Positions 25,395-38,799 of a stretch of 64,000 nucleotides of DNA are shown here, piece by piece. Below the pieces are notes generated by a model. The model was not told the DNA's origin. It saw only the letters and a program-made list of their open reading frames with translations, and did no database searches. Numbering within the stretch: position 1 is the first letter of the stretch; each line of letters begins with the position of its first letter. The stretch covers positions 62,001 to 126,000 of the forward strand of contig NGBS01000308.1 in the NCBI GenBank assembly GCA_002245135.1, given 5' to 3'. Source of the DNA: Proteromonas lacertae (taxonomy: Eukaryota). The position numbers and the translations under genes are program-made.

Positions 25395-26227
25395 AATGTT
25401 TGAAAATTAGTAATGAACGTAGAGAAAATGAAGAATATCATTTTTCTTCGATTTTTTGATAGTGATTTAAATGATGAATATTGAGGGATCTCATCACATT
25501 TTAGTGAAGTTAAAGAATGTATGAAGAATAATAAATGATGAACGTATTATTAATGATTTAAAAAGGATAGGAAATGATATAGAAGGCAGAAATATTGAGA
25601 GATTATTATGATGACTGTTTAAATTACTGATAAATTACATATATAGATTTAATAAGCTATAATAAAGATAAATATTCTGTTTATTTATTGATAGAACATA
25701 ATTTGTCATATAATAGTCATCAAATGTATTTATCAGGCAAAACTGTTTCTAATGATATTAATAGAGCATGATTGATCCATTTATTATATTAATTTGGCAT
25801 GCCAGTTAGTATTCAGTGATTTCATACAGAAGGATGATTTTATCAAATATTTACACAGCATAATTAAAGCATTGACAATATTGTGAATTATGTAAAATAT
25901 AAGTTAGAACGTAATAAAATGAGATTTATTTTTTCTACCTAATAGAGTATTCTCCATATATTTATAAACATATTATTGCATTTTTCTAATTTTTGTTATT
26001 CTGAGGTAGTATAACATCACTGAAACAATCAAGAAAATTGTAAATAAGTTGGGTCACTTTTGTTTTTACCCTATACTGCTCTTTAAAAATACATTCTGTC
26101 TTCTCATGTGTTAATAAGCCGCATTTAATAGTTTTCACAATCAAAAATGAAGAAATTTATAATAATTTCAGTTAAAAAACATTTTTTAATTATTTTATTA
26201 GGCTGTTTATAATCTGTTAATGAAGTG

Positions 26228-28145
26228 ATGTATAGGCACAATAGCTCAAGTGATTACGTAAGTCAACATCTGTACGATTTAAACTCGTCTTCTACACAAT
26301 TTGCTAAATTTTACTACCGTATGCTTAGTCTGTTTATATGATAGTAAACAATCAAGAAATTGAAGCGATTAGAAATATATTTGAGGTTATGAAGGAGTAT
26401 GTCACAGATATTTTATAATATGTAGTTCTGAAAATAATATCAGTTGTTACGATTTTCATCTTTATTTCAATAACGAGGCTGTACAGTTATTTGAGAGTTT
26501 TTTCAAGTTAAGCAGTATATAACTTTTAATTATGATCCTTTAGATGATTATACATTTACATGGAATCAATTCTTTCAGTTCATGGTAATTGTATTATTCG
26601 CCCCACAAATTGTCATATTTTACATGCTACTTGTTTTTAATAGCAGTTATAATGGTTCAATATCAATCGTATATATCATAATTATATTTATTAGAATGAT
26701 ATTATTGTTTTAATAAGAAGTATAAACGATGAAGCAGTAAATCGAAGTGATATTCGAAAAATATTTGATTACTTAGATTTGTATAATATAAATAACATTA
26801 TATATTTATTTATTATAGAAATAAGGATGGTTATTTAACATTAAACCAATTCTGTAATTTCATTTCCAAAAGTATTCATTACTTTGAAAATATAATGATA
26901 TTACGAGAAGCAATAATTGATACAGTATTTCCTCACAACCATATATTCGCAATACTCAAAAGAAAGTTATATATCGAAAAAATCAGAAGATATAAAGCTG
27001 AACATGGTAATGAATTACCTCCTATAAATTGTGTGAGTAGATTGAAAATGTTTTTTTATAATACACCACATCCTTACGAATATAACTATGATTATAATGA
27101 AATTACTGATAATATGATTAATCTACACAGTTTATTATGTTTATTCATGAGAAATTTCATTCCGAATTATTCATTCCAAAAAGAAATTCAAACATTACCA
27201 CCCAAATATTTGAAAATATTTAAAGTGTTTTTTATTATATCAAAAATAGATAATTATTATATTAAGTTCAAAGAACAATCGAGTGTAAATACGATAACAT
27301 CAATGTCAGTATTGAGTCCAATGAGTTTTCCAAGGAAGAAATCGTCTAGTAATATGCAAAACTCAAGATATAATAATGATAATGATAGCACACCAATTGT
27401 TATTGCAACATCAACTAATACAGGAAATACAGGAAATACAAGCAGTACAGGTAATACAAGCAATACATGTAATACAACAAATACAAATAATCAAAAGAGA
27501 GATGGAAAAGGATCGTTAATAAGTTCTAGTGTTAGTATCAGTCAAACACGTCATTGTTCGATATTAAGAAAACCTTCCTTTGTGAAGAAAATGAAACATC
27601 GATCAGATGTAACAAATTATAACACTGATCGAAGTAGATCTATAGTTAAACCAACAGTAGATACTTCTATCAATAAAATGGATAATAGCAACAACAACAA
27701 TAATAAGATTGGAAAACGAAATTCAGTCGATTCTAATTCTCCTTTTATATTAAACGTTGAAAGTAGAGATGATTCTCCCATTTACAGTTTTTCTCCAAAT
27801 CTTCCACCTCCTTCTCTAAGTAATATAACAAAAAGTACATCTGCAAAACCAAATCTAAGGCCTACTTCTACTTCATTGAATATGATTCAAGTTTCTCATT
27901 CTAATACATACTTACCTCCAACATATCCTACACTACGTCCTTTAGCTAATAGTTGTGATGACGCTGGTTTTAATACTACTAGCACCAATGATCATAATAA
28001 TAGAAAGAATCTTAAAATAAATAGTAATTTTGAGAGAAGCAATAGCAGTAATTCTGTTAATTTGCCTGGATTTATATCTCCCTGTGAGACTGAAGAAAAT
28101 CACAATTACTATGATGATGATGATGATTTAGATATGAAAGTGTAG
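26228..28145 (+). CDS. EF-hand protein with long Ser/Asn-rich disordered tail; 5 introns
   Basis: ATG 26228 joins in frame through five GT-AG introns into ORF 26895-28145; EF-hand IFDYLDLNKDGYLTLNQF. Confidence 0.72.
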
Positions 28146-28332
28146 TAATAAGAAGATATATATATATTTATATATTTATATTTCGTTCAATGTACATTTA
28201 CTTATATATATGATTATATATGAGCTTATTTTATTTATTAATTATTATTTATCACCATTATATAGTTTATATATTATTTATATTATTAAATTATTGTGTG
28301 TGTGTTTTTTTAAAATTAATTTATATAATATT

Positions 28333-28734
28333 TTAATAATATTTTCTTTGCCAATAATTGTCATATTTGAAGCAATGAAGATATTGAGTATTTACATATC
28401 TTATATTGCTGATTATGATTAATTGAGATGAAATCTTTTTTAAATAATTTATATCATTCTGATTATTAATGATATTGATTTTCTTAACACTTGCTAAAAG
28501 ATTTGATGGTATTTGATTTGAATATAAAAATAAATTCTCTCTATAATTCATACCACAATTTCTTTCAAAGAATTCAAGATTATTCATTCTTACTAATGTG
28601 CATTTAACTTTACCTACATTACAAGGAAAACGAGGAAAGATGAATATCCTATTTAATAACTTACTTATGTATATCAGCGTTGATAATAATCTTGTTAAAT
28701 TAATATAATCAATATGAAATTCTTCATTGTTGCA
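28333..28734 (-). pseudogene. Orphan fragment resembling the C-terminal region of nucleotide-diphospho-sugar transferases
   Basis: Open frame ...SKLLNRIFIFPRFPC...CTL...YRENLFL...P with a TGA just upstream and no clear start or acceptor; only ~140 bp from the neighbouring gene's stop. Confidence 0.35.
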
Positions 28735-28875
28735 TCATATATATTTATATAACCAATCAAATTAAGACAGTTTGTTATTCTGCTGTAATATGAAGTAAGA
28801 TATATGCTATTACGATAAACTAAAACACAAAAAAAAACATATTATAGAAAATTTAAAGATAAATCTTTACACATT

Positions 28876-30411
28876 TCAATTGTATTCATGATAGTATTTC
28901 CCAATAACTTCTAATCCCTTCTTTACAAGTTCCATATCCCTATTTTCCCATACTAAAAATTCACCTTGATCAGAATAGCCAACAGCATGCAAAAATTGAA
29001 CACCACCTACCACATTCTTCACTCTAGTCAAAAATGCTTGATTCTGCATACCAATCTTCAAGAACTTCTCATAATTTGGATCTTCTGTTTTAGTCAAATT
29101 ATTCAAATACGCTCTCAATGTTCTTAAACAGGTTCTTCCTTCATTATTGTAAGTATTCAAAGATATAGCTTTCCCATACTTATCTAACATCTCTTCTGGT
29201 GATAATTCTTTACTCTTTATAGTAGGAACAGAGATATTTGAATTAGGATGTTGTTTCTTCCATTCTTCTAATAATCGAAGCTTTTGTTGTTCTTCCTCTA
29301 TTTTCTCTCTTTTCTTCTTTTCTGCTTCCATTTTACGTTGTTGTGCTTCAATTTCTTCTTTAGTTAATAACATCTTTTTACCTTCTTCAATCCTTTTCTT
29401 TTCTAATTCAATTTGTCTTTTCTTTTCTTCAGCTTCTTTTTGTCTTCTTCTTTCATCAATTTTTTGTTGGATTAACTGTTTCTTCTCTTCTTCTGTAAGT
29501 TCTTTGGGTGGTTCTGTTGGTGTTCCTTCTGTTGTAGATGTTGAAGTTGATTTCTTCTTTTTCATCATTTGCGCTATTAATTCTGCATCTGCATCTGCAT
29601 CATCATCATCATCATCTACCATACGACATGTGTTACCATCACATTCAACATGTTGTCTTTTCTATTTTTAATAAAAATAAATATAGGTTTGATACTGGCT
29701 TGGTTTGAGTTTCACTTTCTTTCGTTTCTGAAGAATTTGATACAATATAATCAACAGCATCATTAAGTGATTGATTCATAGTCGCAAGTAAAGCTTGAGA
29801 GGCTTGTTCTTTTTCAAAACCCATGCTTATTAATTCTGTTAATAAAACAGGATTAACTTCACCAGCTGGTGTATTAGTTGCTGGTGCTGGTGCTGAAGAT
29901 TTTGAATCATTACCAGCTAATCTTTCCAACCTTTTTCTTCTAATTTCATCAGCAGAAAGACTTTCTGATGTTGTACCACTAGATAGTGTCATTCCTTTAC
30001 CGCCAAAGGTTGTTGGGCCGGCTTTAGCTGACCATTGTTTGACTTTGGCTTCTAGACCTGAAGCATCAGCTCCAACTAGTTCATCTACACAACTGCCGTT
30101 TATATAAAACTTAAAAGTGGGGAAACCAGTTATGCCTATCAATAATACATACAAATGAATAATTTGCCATACCTTCACTTGAAGAAATTTCTCTATTCTT
30201 GTCACCATCGCAACGAAGGAACATTACACCCGTATAACGATTGGACAATGATTCATAGATGGGATGCATCATTTTACATGGTCCACACCTATACCGATGT
30301 ATAAAGGATTTATTCTACATACCAAGTTGCATAAAAGTCTACCACAACTAGAGATCCACCGGCTTTACGAAAATAAGAACTAAGAGAGCCTGTAACTTCT
30401 TCGACAACCAT
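28876..30411 (-). CDS. Thioredoxin-UBA-coiled coil-PUB domain protein (p97/Cdc48 cofactor-like); 3 introns
   Basis: VVDFYATWCGPC after splicing; UBA LISMGFEKEQASQALLATMNQSLNDAVDYI; PUB TLRAYLNNL...EKFLKIGMQNQAF...GGVQFLHAVGY. Confidence 0.88.
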
Positions 30412-30732
30412 ATGAAAACTTGAAGAATAAAAAAGTATGAAAGTTAAAGCTTGAGGTAATCAAACTCTCTATTTTACAAAAACGTTGATTATACATTTTC
30501 AATAAACATTACTCTCACTTGAACCTTCTAAATTAATATTTGTGGCATAATGTAGCAAATTAAGACAATAAAGAACACATTTTGTGAGAGGTTGAATTAA
30601 ATCAACCTTACCTTTTTATATAATAAAGATGAAGAGAGTAAAATTATTACAAAATATGAGTAAAATATGGTAAAATATTAAAAATGATAAAACTGATTTG
30701 TCAAGCCGAATTTTTAAAAAATTGATTAAAAC

Positions 30733-33700
30733 ATGTTTTTATCACAACTAAGGCTGTGCGTATTAGTTTATTTGTTTCATAGCAGTTATTTGTAATTATA
30801 TTAACACATATTGTGAAGAATTTAGATACAGGGATCACTATATACAGAAAATGGTTAATTCTGATTATATCGATATATCACCGTTAGTTAATGTTTCTCC
30901 AAAATCCATAGTTAGTAAATCTGAATTACCAGATGGTTTACATTTCTGTACAGGAAGGTTTTATGGTGTTATGAAAGGGATAGTCAGAAATTATACAGTT
31001 ACTGTAGAAGCAACATATGAAGATAAGATCTGTAGAGAAGTTTTGGCTTTTAGTTGTATATTTATTTACTTTTATTAATCTTATAGCATATCCCAATATT
31101 AGTGATTGTGATTATAATTTAAATGATTCTATGTTTTATGTAAATCAAATAATCCAGCCAATTACACTGAATTGTTCATATGAATTATCATCTGTAACAG
31201 TAACTCCCTCATTGCCAGAAGGATTATCTATCAGTAATAAGAATGGTGCAATATCTGGAAAACCTGTTTCTATATCACCAAGTCATTTATATTCAATAAC
31301 AATTAAGTCATTTAAAATCTCGAAAACGTTAAACGTAACAATCAAAGTATTATCACTGGAAAAAAGCAGTAGAAATAGAAAATTAGATAATTATAAAGAT
31401 ATAATAGAAATGGTTGGTATAGAAATGGATATAATAGAATATTCAATTCAATCAGTTCCAACACTTAAAGAATTTGAAAAATATAAAATAATCACCAGTA
31501 GAGTGATCAATACGATGGAAATATACAATAATAATAGTGAAATAAATCCATTATTTAATCTACCTCCATCTATCTTTAATTTAAATCAATATCATGCCAT
31601 TAAATTTCACGGTTATATATTACCTCAGTTTTATGGAAATTATGAATTTAGAATAATCGCAAATGATGGTTACAATCTCAATTTTCCAGATAAGAAATCA
31701 GGTACAATATCTCAACGTGTAAAAAGTGGTTTAACTGAAAGGAAGGTGATGTTTAGAACAGATGATAATCCACTGGAATTTAATTTAATAACGACTAGAT
31801 TTTTGAATTTCAATTTATTTCGATTTGATTATAGATTTTCAACTTCTAAAGAGTATGAATTAATATCTTCTAGAAATTGTATTATTCGAATGTCTAATAA
31901 CATTACAAATGCGTTTTATACCAAAAGTAATAATATAATAATAGAATCAAATAACAATAATGCAAATGTTATATTATATCCGTTTTATAAAGGAACAGTA
32001 ACTAATTATTATGTGATGGATAGTTTACCCGCTAATATTATATTAAATATAACTACTGGAATATTAACAATATCAAATCCATCTACTGGAAAAAGTATGA
32101 CACAAAATATTGAAGTGTTTTTTGGCAATGATTTTACATTTGTTAAAGTGACTTTAAGGATAATATTTTTATCAAATAATCATCACATTATTACGAATAA
32201 CAGTGGAATCTTAACAAAATTTTATTCAATTGAAAGTCAAAGTGAATTTCGTTCAGATGATATCACTCTATCACTTAGCAATATGTATTCATTGAAGAAG
32301 AGTTATATTTCAACCATAAATGAAATGAATAATGAATGTAATGAATTATCTAATATTTGGATTAATCTTCCTTATGATCTATCACTTCCATTTATTGCAG
32401 ATTGGAAATCGTTATTTTATTTCCCATTAAGTTGGGATTATTGTTTCTATATGGAAATCTCTTCAACATCTTTATCATCACAAATGAATGATATTTCATT
32501 TATATTTATTGATGGAGTAAATATAACAACTCGAAATATCAATCACAATATGGCATGTAGTTATATATTGAAAGGATATCATTTAATTGATTTTCATGCA
32601 GTGCTATATACATATAATAGAAATATTCATTTTTATATTAATTCTACTTCAGTTAGTTTGTTGAATTATGGTAATAAAGATAAGGGAATTGTTAATGTGG
32701 AAGACTATATTATTCCTTATTATGAATATAATAATTATATGAATGGATTTATTATCAAAGAAAAAGAAGAGATCATTTATCCTAATAATAATAATGAAGA
32801 AATATTCTATTATAAATATAGAAAGTATGTTGGATATAAGTATATAGTTCTTCCAGTTAATGTGCCAATATTTAACTATGATAATATCAATCCAATTGAA
32901 TATACTGTAGTTTCACCTAATATTAATATCTTAAATTCTATTGGCTTATATTTAGATAGACAAAATGGTAGAATCAGTGGAATTCCAACTGTAGATTATT
33001 ATCCTGAAACGGATATAATTATAACAATAATTAGTAATGAACATATTAATTATAATACAACCATAACACTATCAATTGAACAGTATGAATTAAGTGATGA
33101 TGATGTTGAATATAATAGTTATGAAGTCAGTGTTACCTTATGGAAATTAATAGAATTAATACCTACAATCAATGAAACAGTTGTGGTAGATAATTTTACA
33201 ATAATTTCTGGAAATTTACCGAATTTTCTAGAAATTAATCCATTAACTGGTGTAATAAGTGGAATAGCTAATGAAATGGTGAATAATAGAGATGTAACTA
33301 TATTAATCTCAAATCATGGTAGTTCAATCCAAAAAACTATTCGTTTCTATATTAATAAAGATTGTAAAGGAGATATTGATCCAATATTTTTCTATTTCAA
33401 TTTCACTCGTTTTAGAAATCAAGTTTTAACTATTGAAGGTAGTGTTAGTGGAAATATATTTTCCGCTTCTGGTACGAATAAAGAGGAGGATAGAATAATC
33501 TGTCAATCCACCAATGAAACTATCAGAATATTTATCTCTAGAGATGATGTAAGAGATAATCCATTTTTATCATTACACTATTATCCAGATGTTCATTTAT
33601 TCAATGGAAATGTATTTAATGAATCAACAAAGGAACAACATCAATTTGAAATAACATTTCCAACTTTTTATGACAAGCCAAACTTTATTGATATAAATAG

Positions 33701-36186
33701 TACCGTTACATTTACAGTTTTTGATGAAATAAAGTTCATTCCATCTATTGGACCACCTTATTCATTATGTAGAATTGATCCAAATTATTTAGCCCAATGG
33801 TTTAACGTTTAATAACAAATCTTGTGAAATTAGTGGAAATTCGTTATATTCAACGGAAACTAATCACCACAATATTGACTATTTAATGACACTATCCAAT
33901 CCTCATTCATCCATCAATAAACAATTTCAATTAAAAATAGAAAATTGCAATAACAACGATAGTGAATTGATTGAGTTATATATTATAATAATTACAACAA
34001 TTACTATAAGAATGGATATAAATTGATGAATATTAGAATATTGGATTATAGAAGAGAAATAATTATGGAAATAAATGATTTTAAAGTTTATAATAATCAG
34101 AATTTCATTACTCAATATTATTGTATAAAAAGAGATGTTTATATCGTTGATCTTACTTTTGTTAATGATAGAAGGAATATGAATGGAATTGATTTAAAAG
34201 AAAGTAATTCAAATATAGAAATATATATTACAACATTCAATGGGTTTTTATTGTTTTATTTCAATTCAAAATATTCATTTGATATTCGTCCAAGGAGTTA
34301 TGATAATTTAAATGAAATGATAATAATTGAAGATGAAATGAATATGAATAGATTAATAATAAATTATAATTCAAGTATTTGGTATTCAGATAGATTCTAC
34401 GATGAGTGGTTAGAAACAAAATACAATTTTAAAAAGACATTTGTTGAGAAAAAAATATTCTCAATTCCATTTTATAAGTATAATAATGTTCAAAGATATT
34501 ATAAAACTGAGTTTAATATTGATGAGAATATGTTTTATATATCTTCAATAGTCCAATTATCTGTTTATTACAGAGAAGGAGTTATTATTTATTTAAATAA
34601 TAATAAAATATATATTGACAGCATTAACCAAAATCAATTTGGAGTAAATCATGAAGAATTATATAACATGTTTTATATCACATTTTCTATTTTGGAATTG
34701 AACTTATTAATGAATTATATTAATGTAGAAATTCACCAGAGTCAAGAGAATTATGTGAAAGATAATAATGAAGATTATTTCTCCTTATCTTTAGATATTA
34801 TCGATCAAAAATGTTTTGAATATAATAGTAAAATTCCTTTTATTCTTTCTAGTAATGTTGAAAGATATGATAATATTAATTTATATAAATTACTACAACC
34901 TTTGAAATCTGAAGATTTTGTTATTATTTTTAATCCAAAAATTAATTTCACTTTGGATATATTTTTACCTAATTATTATTACATCATTATTAATCGTTAT
35001 ACTGTGATAAGTAGTAATTTTAATGATATGTTAATAAATATACCAATATCATGGAGATTATATGGTAATAAATAACAGCAATAATGAAAATGATAATATC
35101 AATGAAGTTGTTTTAGATGAGCAGAATGATGTGGTTTTTGAAGGTAATTATGAATCAAAAATCTTCTATTTACCTCCACGAAGTTTATCATTTAATCACT
35201 TTAGAATAATTTTCACAAAAGTCGGTATAAATGATAATAAAGATGATGATGTTATACAACAATCAGTATTATCATTAAATTCAATTGTATTTGAAGGATG
35301 TAATATACAATATTGTATATATGAAGGACATGATCCTGTAGAAATTGGAGATACAATTCGATTGAATTGTCCATCAGATGAAACTGGTTATATTGAAAGA
35401 AAATGTTTGTTAAATTTTGAAACTAAAAAACCATATTGGAGCAATCCTTACAATCACTGTAAAGTAAATCCTCCAAAAATATTTGAAATAATTCCGTTAG
35501 AAAGTAACGGATATACTGGATATCCAATAGAAACACTGAATTTATTATGTTCTGGTAGAAATGTTGGATATAATGTAACGCCTAGTTTACCAGATGGAAT
35601 AAAGTTAATTGCCTCTCAAATCAACGGAATTAGTCAATATGAAATGAATATATTTTATAACGTAAGTTGTTGTAATGATGGTGGATGTTTAACAAAATCA
35701 TTTAGAATAAATGTGAAATTAGCTGCTTGTGCAAATGATAATATAACAAAATTACATGATAATAATAATAGAAATAATATTAGAATAAAGCTAAGAAAGT
35801 CATATAAAGATGATGGTGATGATAATGATGAGGACTACTGGCCAACTACAATGGTTGGTAATACGAGTGTAATAAACTGCAAATCTCCATTAATTGGTGT
35901 GAAAGAAAGATCGTGTTATTTTGATAGTTATCCAGTCTGGGGTAAAGTGATAGATAAGTGTAGAGAACCTGGTGATAAAGATTCTGATGTTGGAACTATT
36001 GTTGGTGTTATTATTGGTGTATTGGCTGTATTGGTGTTGATTGTTGGAGTGATCTGTTGTTTGAAGTCTAAACGGATTAAACGCCAATCATTAATGATAA
36101 ATAATAGTAAATCAAGAACATATTCTAATACAAGGCGGAATAACAACGGTGGTATTAATTTAAGTGAATTCGGTTTCATACAATAA
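30733..36186 (+). CDS. Large type I surface protein with putative-Ig (He_PIG) repeats, PA14-like regions, Cys-rich modules and C-terminal TM; interrupted by ~4 frameshifts
   Basis: Repeated LPxGL...GxISG motifs; FHGYILP...YEFRIIANDG; CPSDETGYIERKC; TM VGTIVGVIIGVLAVLVLIVGVICC; frame breaks near 30776, 33809, 33975-34020 and 35071 not explained by introns. Confidence 0.75.
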
Positions 36187-36338
36187 ATTCATGCTAATTT
36201 TATCTTTACATATTTATTTTGATTTTCTAATTTGTTGTTTACTTGTTGTAAATAATAATAATTGAGAAATAGAATTATATAGGTTTGATTCTCTCAAATA
36301 TTTCTATTTTTCATTTATCGATTTTCTCACTATCTACA

Positions 36339-37313
36339 ATGGAAATTACTATAAATCCAGCTCAGAAACAAGAACAATCATCTGTGCCAAGTAAATATGC
36401 TATTACTACTCCTGGAGAGATGATTCCTGCTAATAATGACTTTATGTGTGGACATGGAACATATCAAGAGGATGATAAGGTCTATTCGAGTGTATATGGT
36501 GTTGTGACAAGAATTAATAAATTATTATCAGTAAGACCAGCAAAAAGTAGATATAAGGGTGAAATTGGTGATGTTGTTGTTGGTCGTATATCGATGGTAG
36601 ATAATAAAAGATGGAGAGTTGATATTCATAGCAGTCAAGATGCTGTGTTGCATTTATCTTCAATTATTCTTCCTGGAGGTGAACAGAGAAGACGTACACA
36701 ATCAGATGAATTACAAATGAGAAAATTCTTCGTTGAAAATGATTTAATTAGTGTATAATTCCATAATTTTATTAATTATAATAATTAGGCTGAAGTACAA
36801 TCAATCAATCGAGATGGAACTATTTTATTACACACTCGAAATACAAAATATGGAAAATTAGAAAATGGCATATTCTTAAGTGTTCAGTCAATATTAATTA
36901 CTCATTTATCTCAACACTTCATCACTTTAGATTGTGGAGTAGATATTATATTAGGAAAAAATGGTTATATCTGGATAACAGAGAAAATAGACTATGGCTA
37001 CAACAAGAACAGTGATTTAGAATTACAAAGGCCATTAGTGACTATAATGGAAGAGAAAAAACTCCAACATAAAGTAAAAGACATAGCTTCTGATATGAGA
37101 ACAAAAATAAGCAGAGTAGTCAATAGTATTAGAATATTAGAGTATATTTATTGATATATTGATTATTATTTGTATAGTGAGATGAGTTATCCAATAAATC
37201 CAAAGACTATAATGATTTTATATAATAATAACGTTGAAAATGAGATTCCTGTGTATTTGATGTGTAATCCAAACCTATTTCAACAATATAAAACATTGCT
37301 AGGTAGTGAATAA
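36339..37313 (+). CDS. RRP4: Exosome complex component RRP4; 2 introns
   Basis: TPGE...FMCGHGTY, SRYKGEIGDVVVGRI, LPGGEQRRR, DLISAEVQ, KYGKLENG, IILGKNGYIWI. Confidence 0.95.
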
Positions 37314-37408
37314 ACTTATTATTATTGTTTTGTTGATTTTTGTTGTTAAATATTTAAAATCTCACAAATATCTTTTATATATATATATAATAATAAAATA
37401 TATATTAA

Positions 37409-38652
37409 TTAAACCAAGTATGATCTTAGATTTTCACAAGCTGTACCATAATAACCAGTATAACATTCACATAATCCTGTTTCACCATTACATACACCTC
37501 TATTACTACAAGTTGATGGTTTTACAGCTGGATTTGTATTATCATTACCTTCTTCAATTCTTTTAACAACATCTGTACATTTATCACTAGGTTTTTCAAG
37601 AAGACTACTACCATATCTAACAGTAAATGTCTTATCTTCTGTTTTATCTCCATTTTTATATACTACAAACATATCATCAGAAACATCTTTTTCTTTATCT
37701 TCTTTACATTGATCAATATATTTCTGTACATCAGCATATTCTGTAGTTATTATCACAGTAAGAGTATTTTCAGATTTACATTTTACTAATACACTTGATT
37801 GTGTTAAAGGAGGTACAACCATTAATGATCTTCGAATATCTTCTTGAATATTAGCAGCTTTGGATAATTCTAATGTGGGATTAGCATCTTTACAAACACC
37901 ATCACTAAATGTTGCTTTTACTATTGGAGTAGTATATTTAACACCATCAAAATTAACAACATAATATGTTTCAAATGATTTAGCATCATTCTCAAATTTA
38001 ATATCATATGAGAATGTAAAATCATGTCTTTTATCAACAACAGGATCAATTCCAGTTGGACATATTCTAGAATCACACATAATACCGTCCCAACCTTTAT
38101 CACATTTACATTTATAAAACTTATTAAATTCCCAATTAGCTGCTTTAGCAGTTTCTTTATAATCATCACCTGCTGCTATACAAACACCATGACCACTACA
38201 ATAAGTGCCTTCTACAGCTGTTGGACAACTATGACGTTGACAAGCACTACCTTCATAACCTGGGAAACATTTACAATCACCTGTTGTTCGATCACATAAA
38301 CCTACATTGGAACATTCTGCATATCTATGTGCTCTTGTGGATGTTACTTCACCATCCATGTTTTCTGCTAATCCTGATTTTGGATACCATTCAGATTTTA
38401 CTTCAGATCCTGTAATTTGTCCATCATGATTCAAATCACCTCTAATTAGATCAATAAATGCTTCATCATATGGACAAGCTCCTATTCAAATTTATAAATT
38501 TATTATATACTCAATGAGCAATCTGCACCACCCCAACCTGGATAACATTCACATTTATCTAAAGTTCCACAACTACCATGTCCATTACAGAAGTTATTAC
38601 AAGCTAGACTAATCCCGAATATAAATAATAGTACCAAAACTTTAGTCTTCAT
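37409..38652 (-). CDS. Secreted EGF-repeat protein of the stramenopile mastigoneme (Ocm1/Sig1/Mas) type; 1 intron
   Basis: Signal peptide [24 protein letters not shown]...ADCSLRACP...D..RGDLNHDG...[33 protein letters not shown]; terminal [25 protein letters not shown]. Confidence 0.8.
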
Positions 38653-38799
38653 TAAAACCAATAATTTAGATTGAATACGTTGGTGTGACTTTATATGGAC
38701 AAGGTCTATGTCATATTTACATCCCCCAATTTTTACGAAAATTAATTTTCAATAACCGATTTAATATCAGTTTTTTTAAATTCTTTGAAAATACAAACG

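Noticed and set aside
25400..26220. Long intergenic region with ATGATGA/CTGA words as a possible C/D snoRNA or other ncRNA
   Set aside because: Spacing and terminal stems are unconvincing, and such words are expected by chance in AT-rich DNA
35067..35075. AAA TAA at a +1 frame junction suggesting Euplotes-style programmed frameshifting
   Set aside because: At other junctions (43355, 57772, 59301) repeat or LRR consensus shows the shift occurs several codons before the stop, which fits indels rather than stop-triggered shifting
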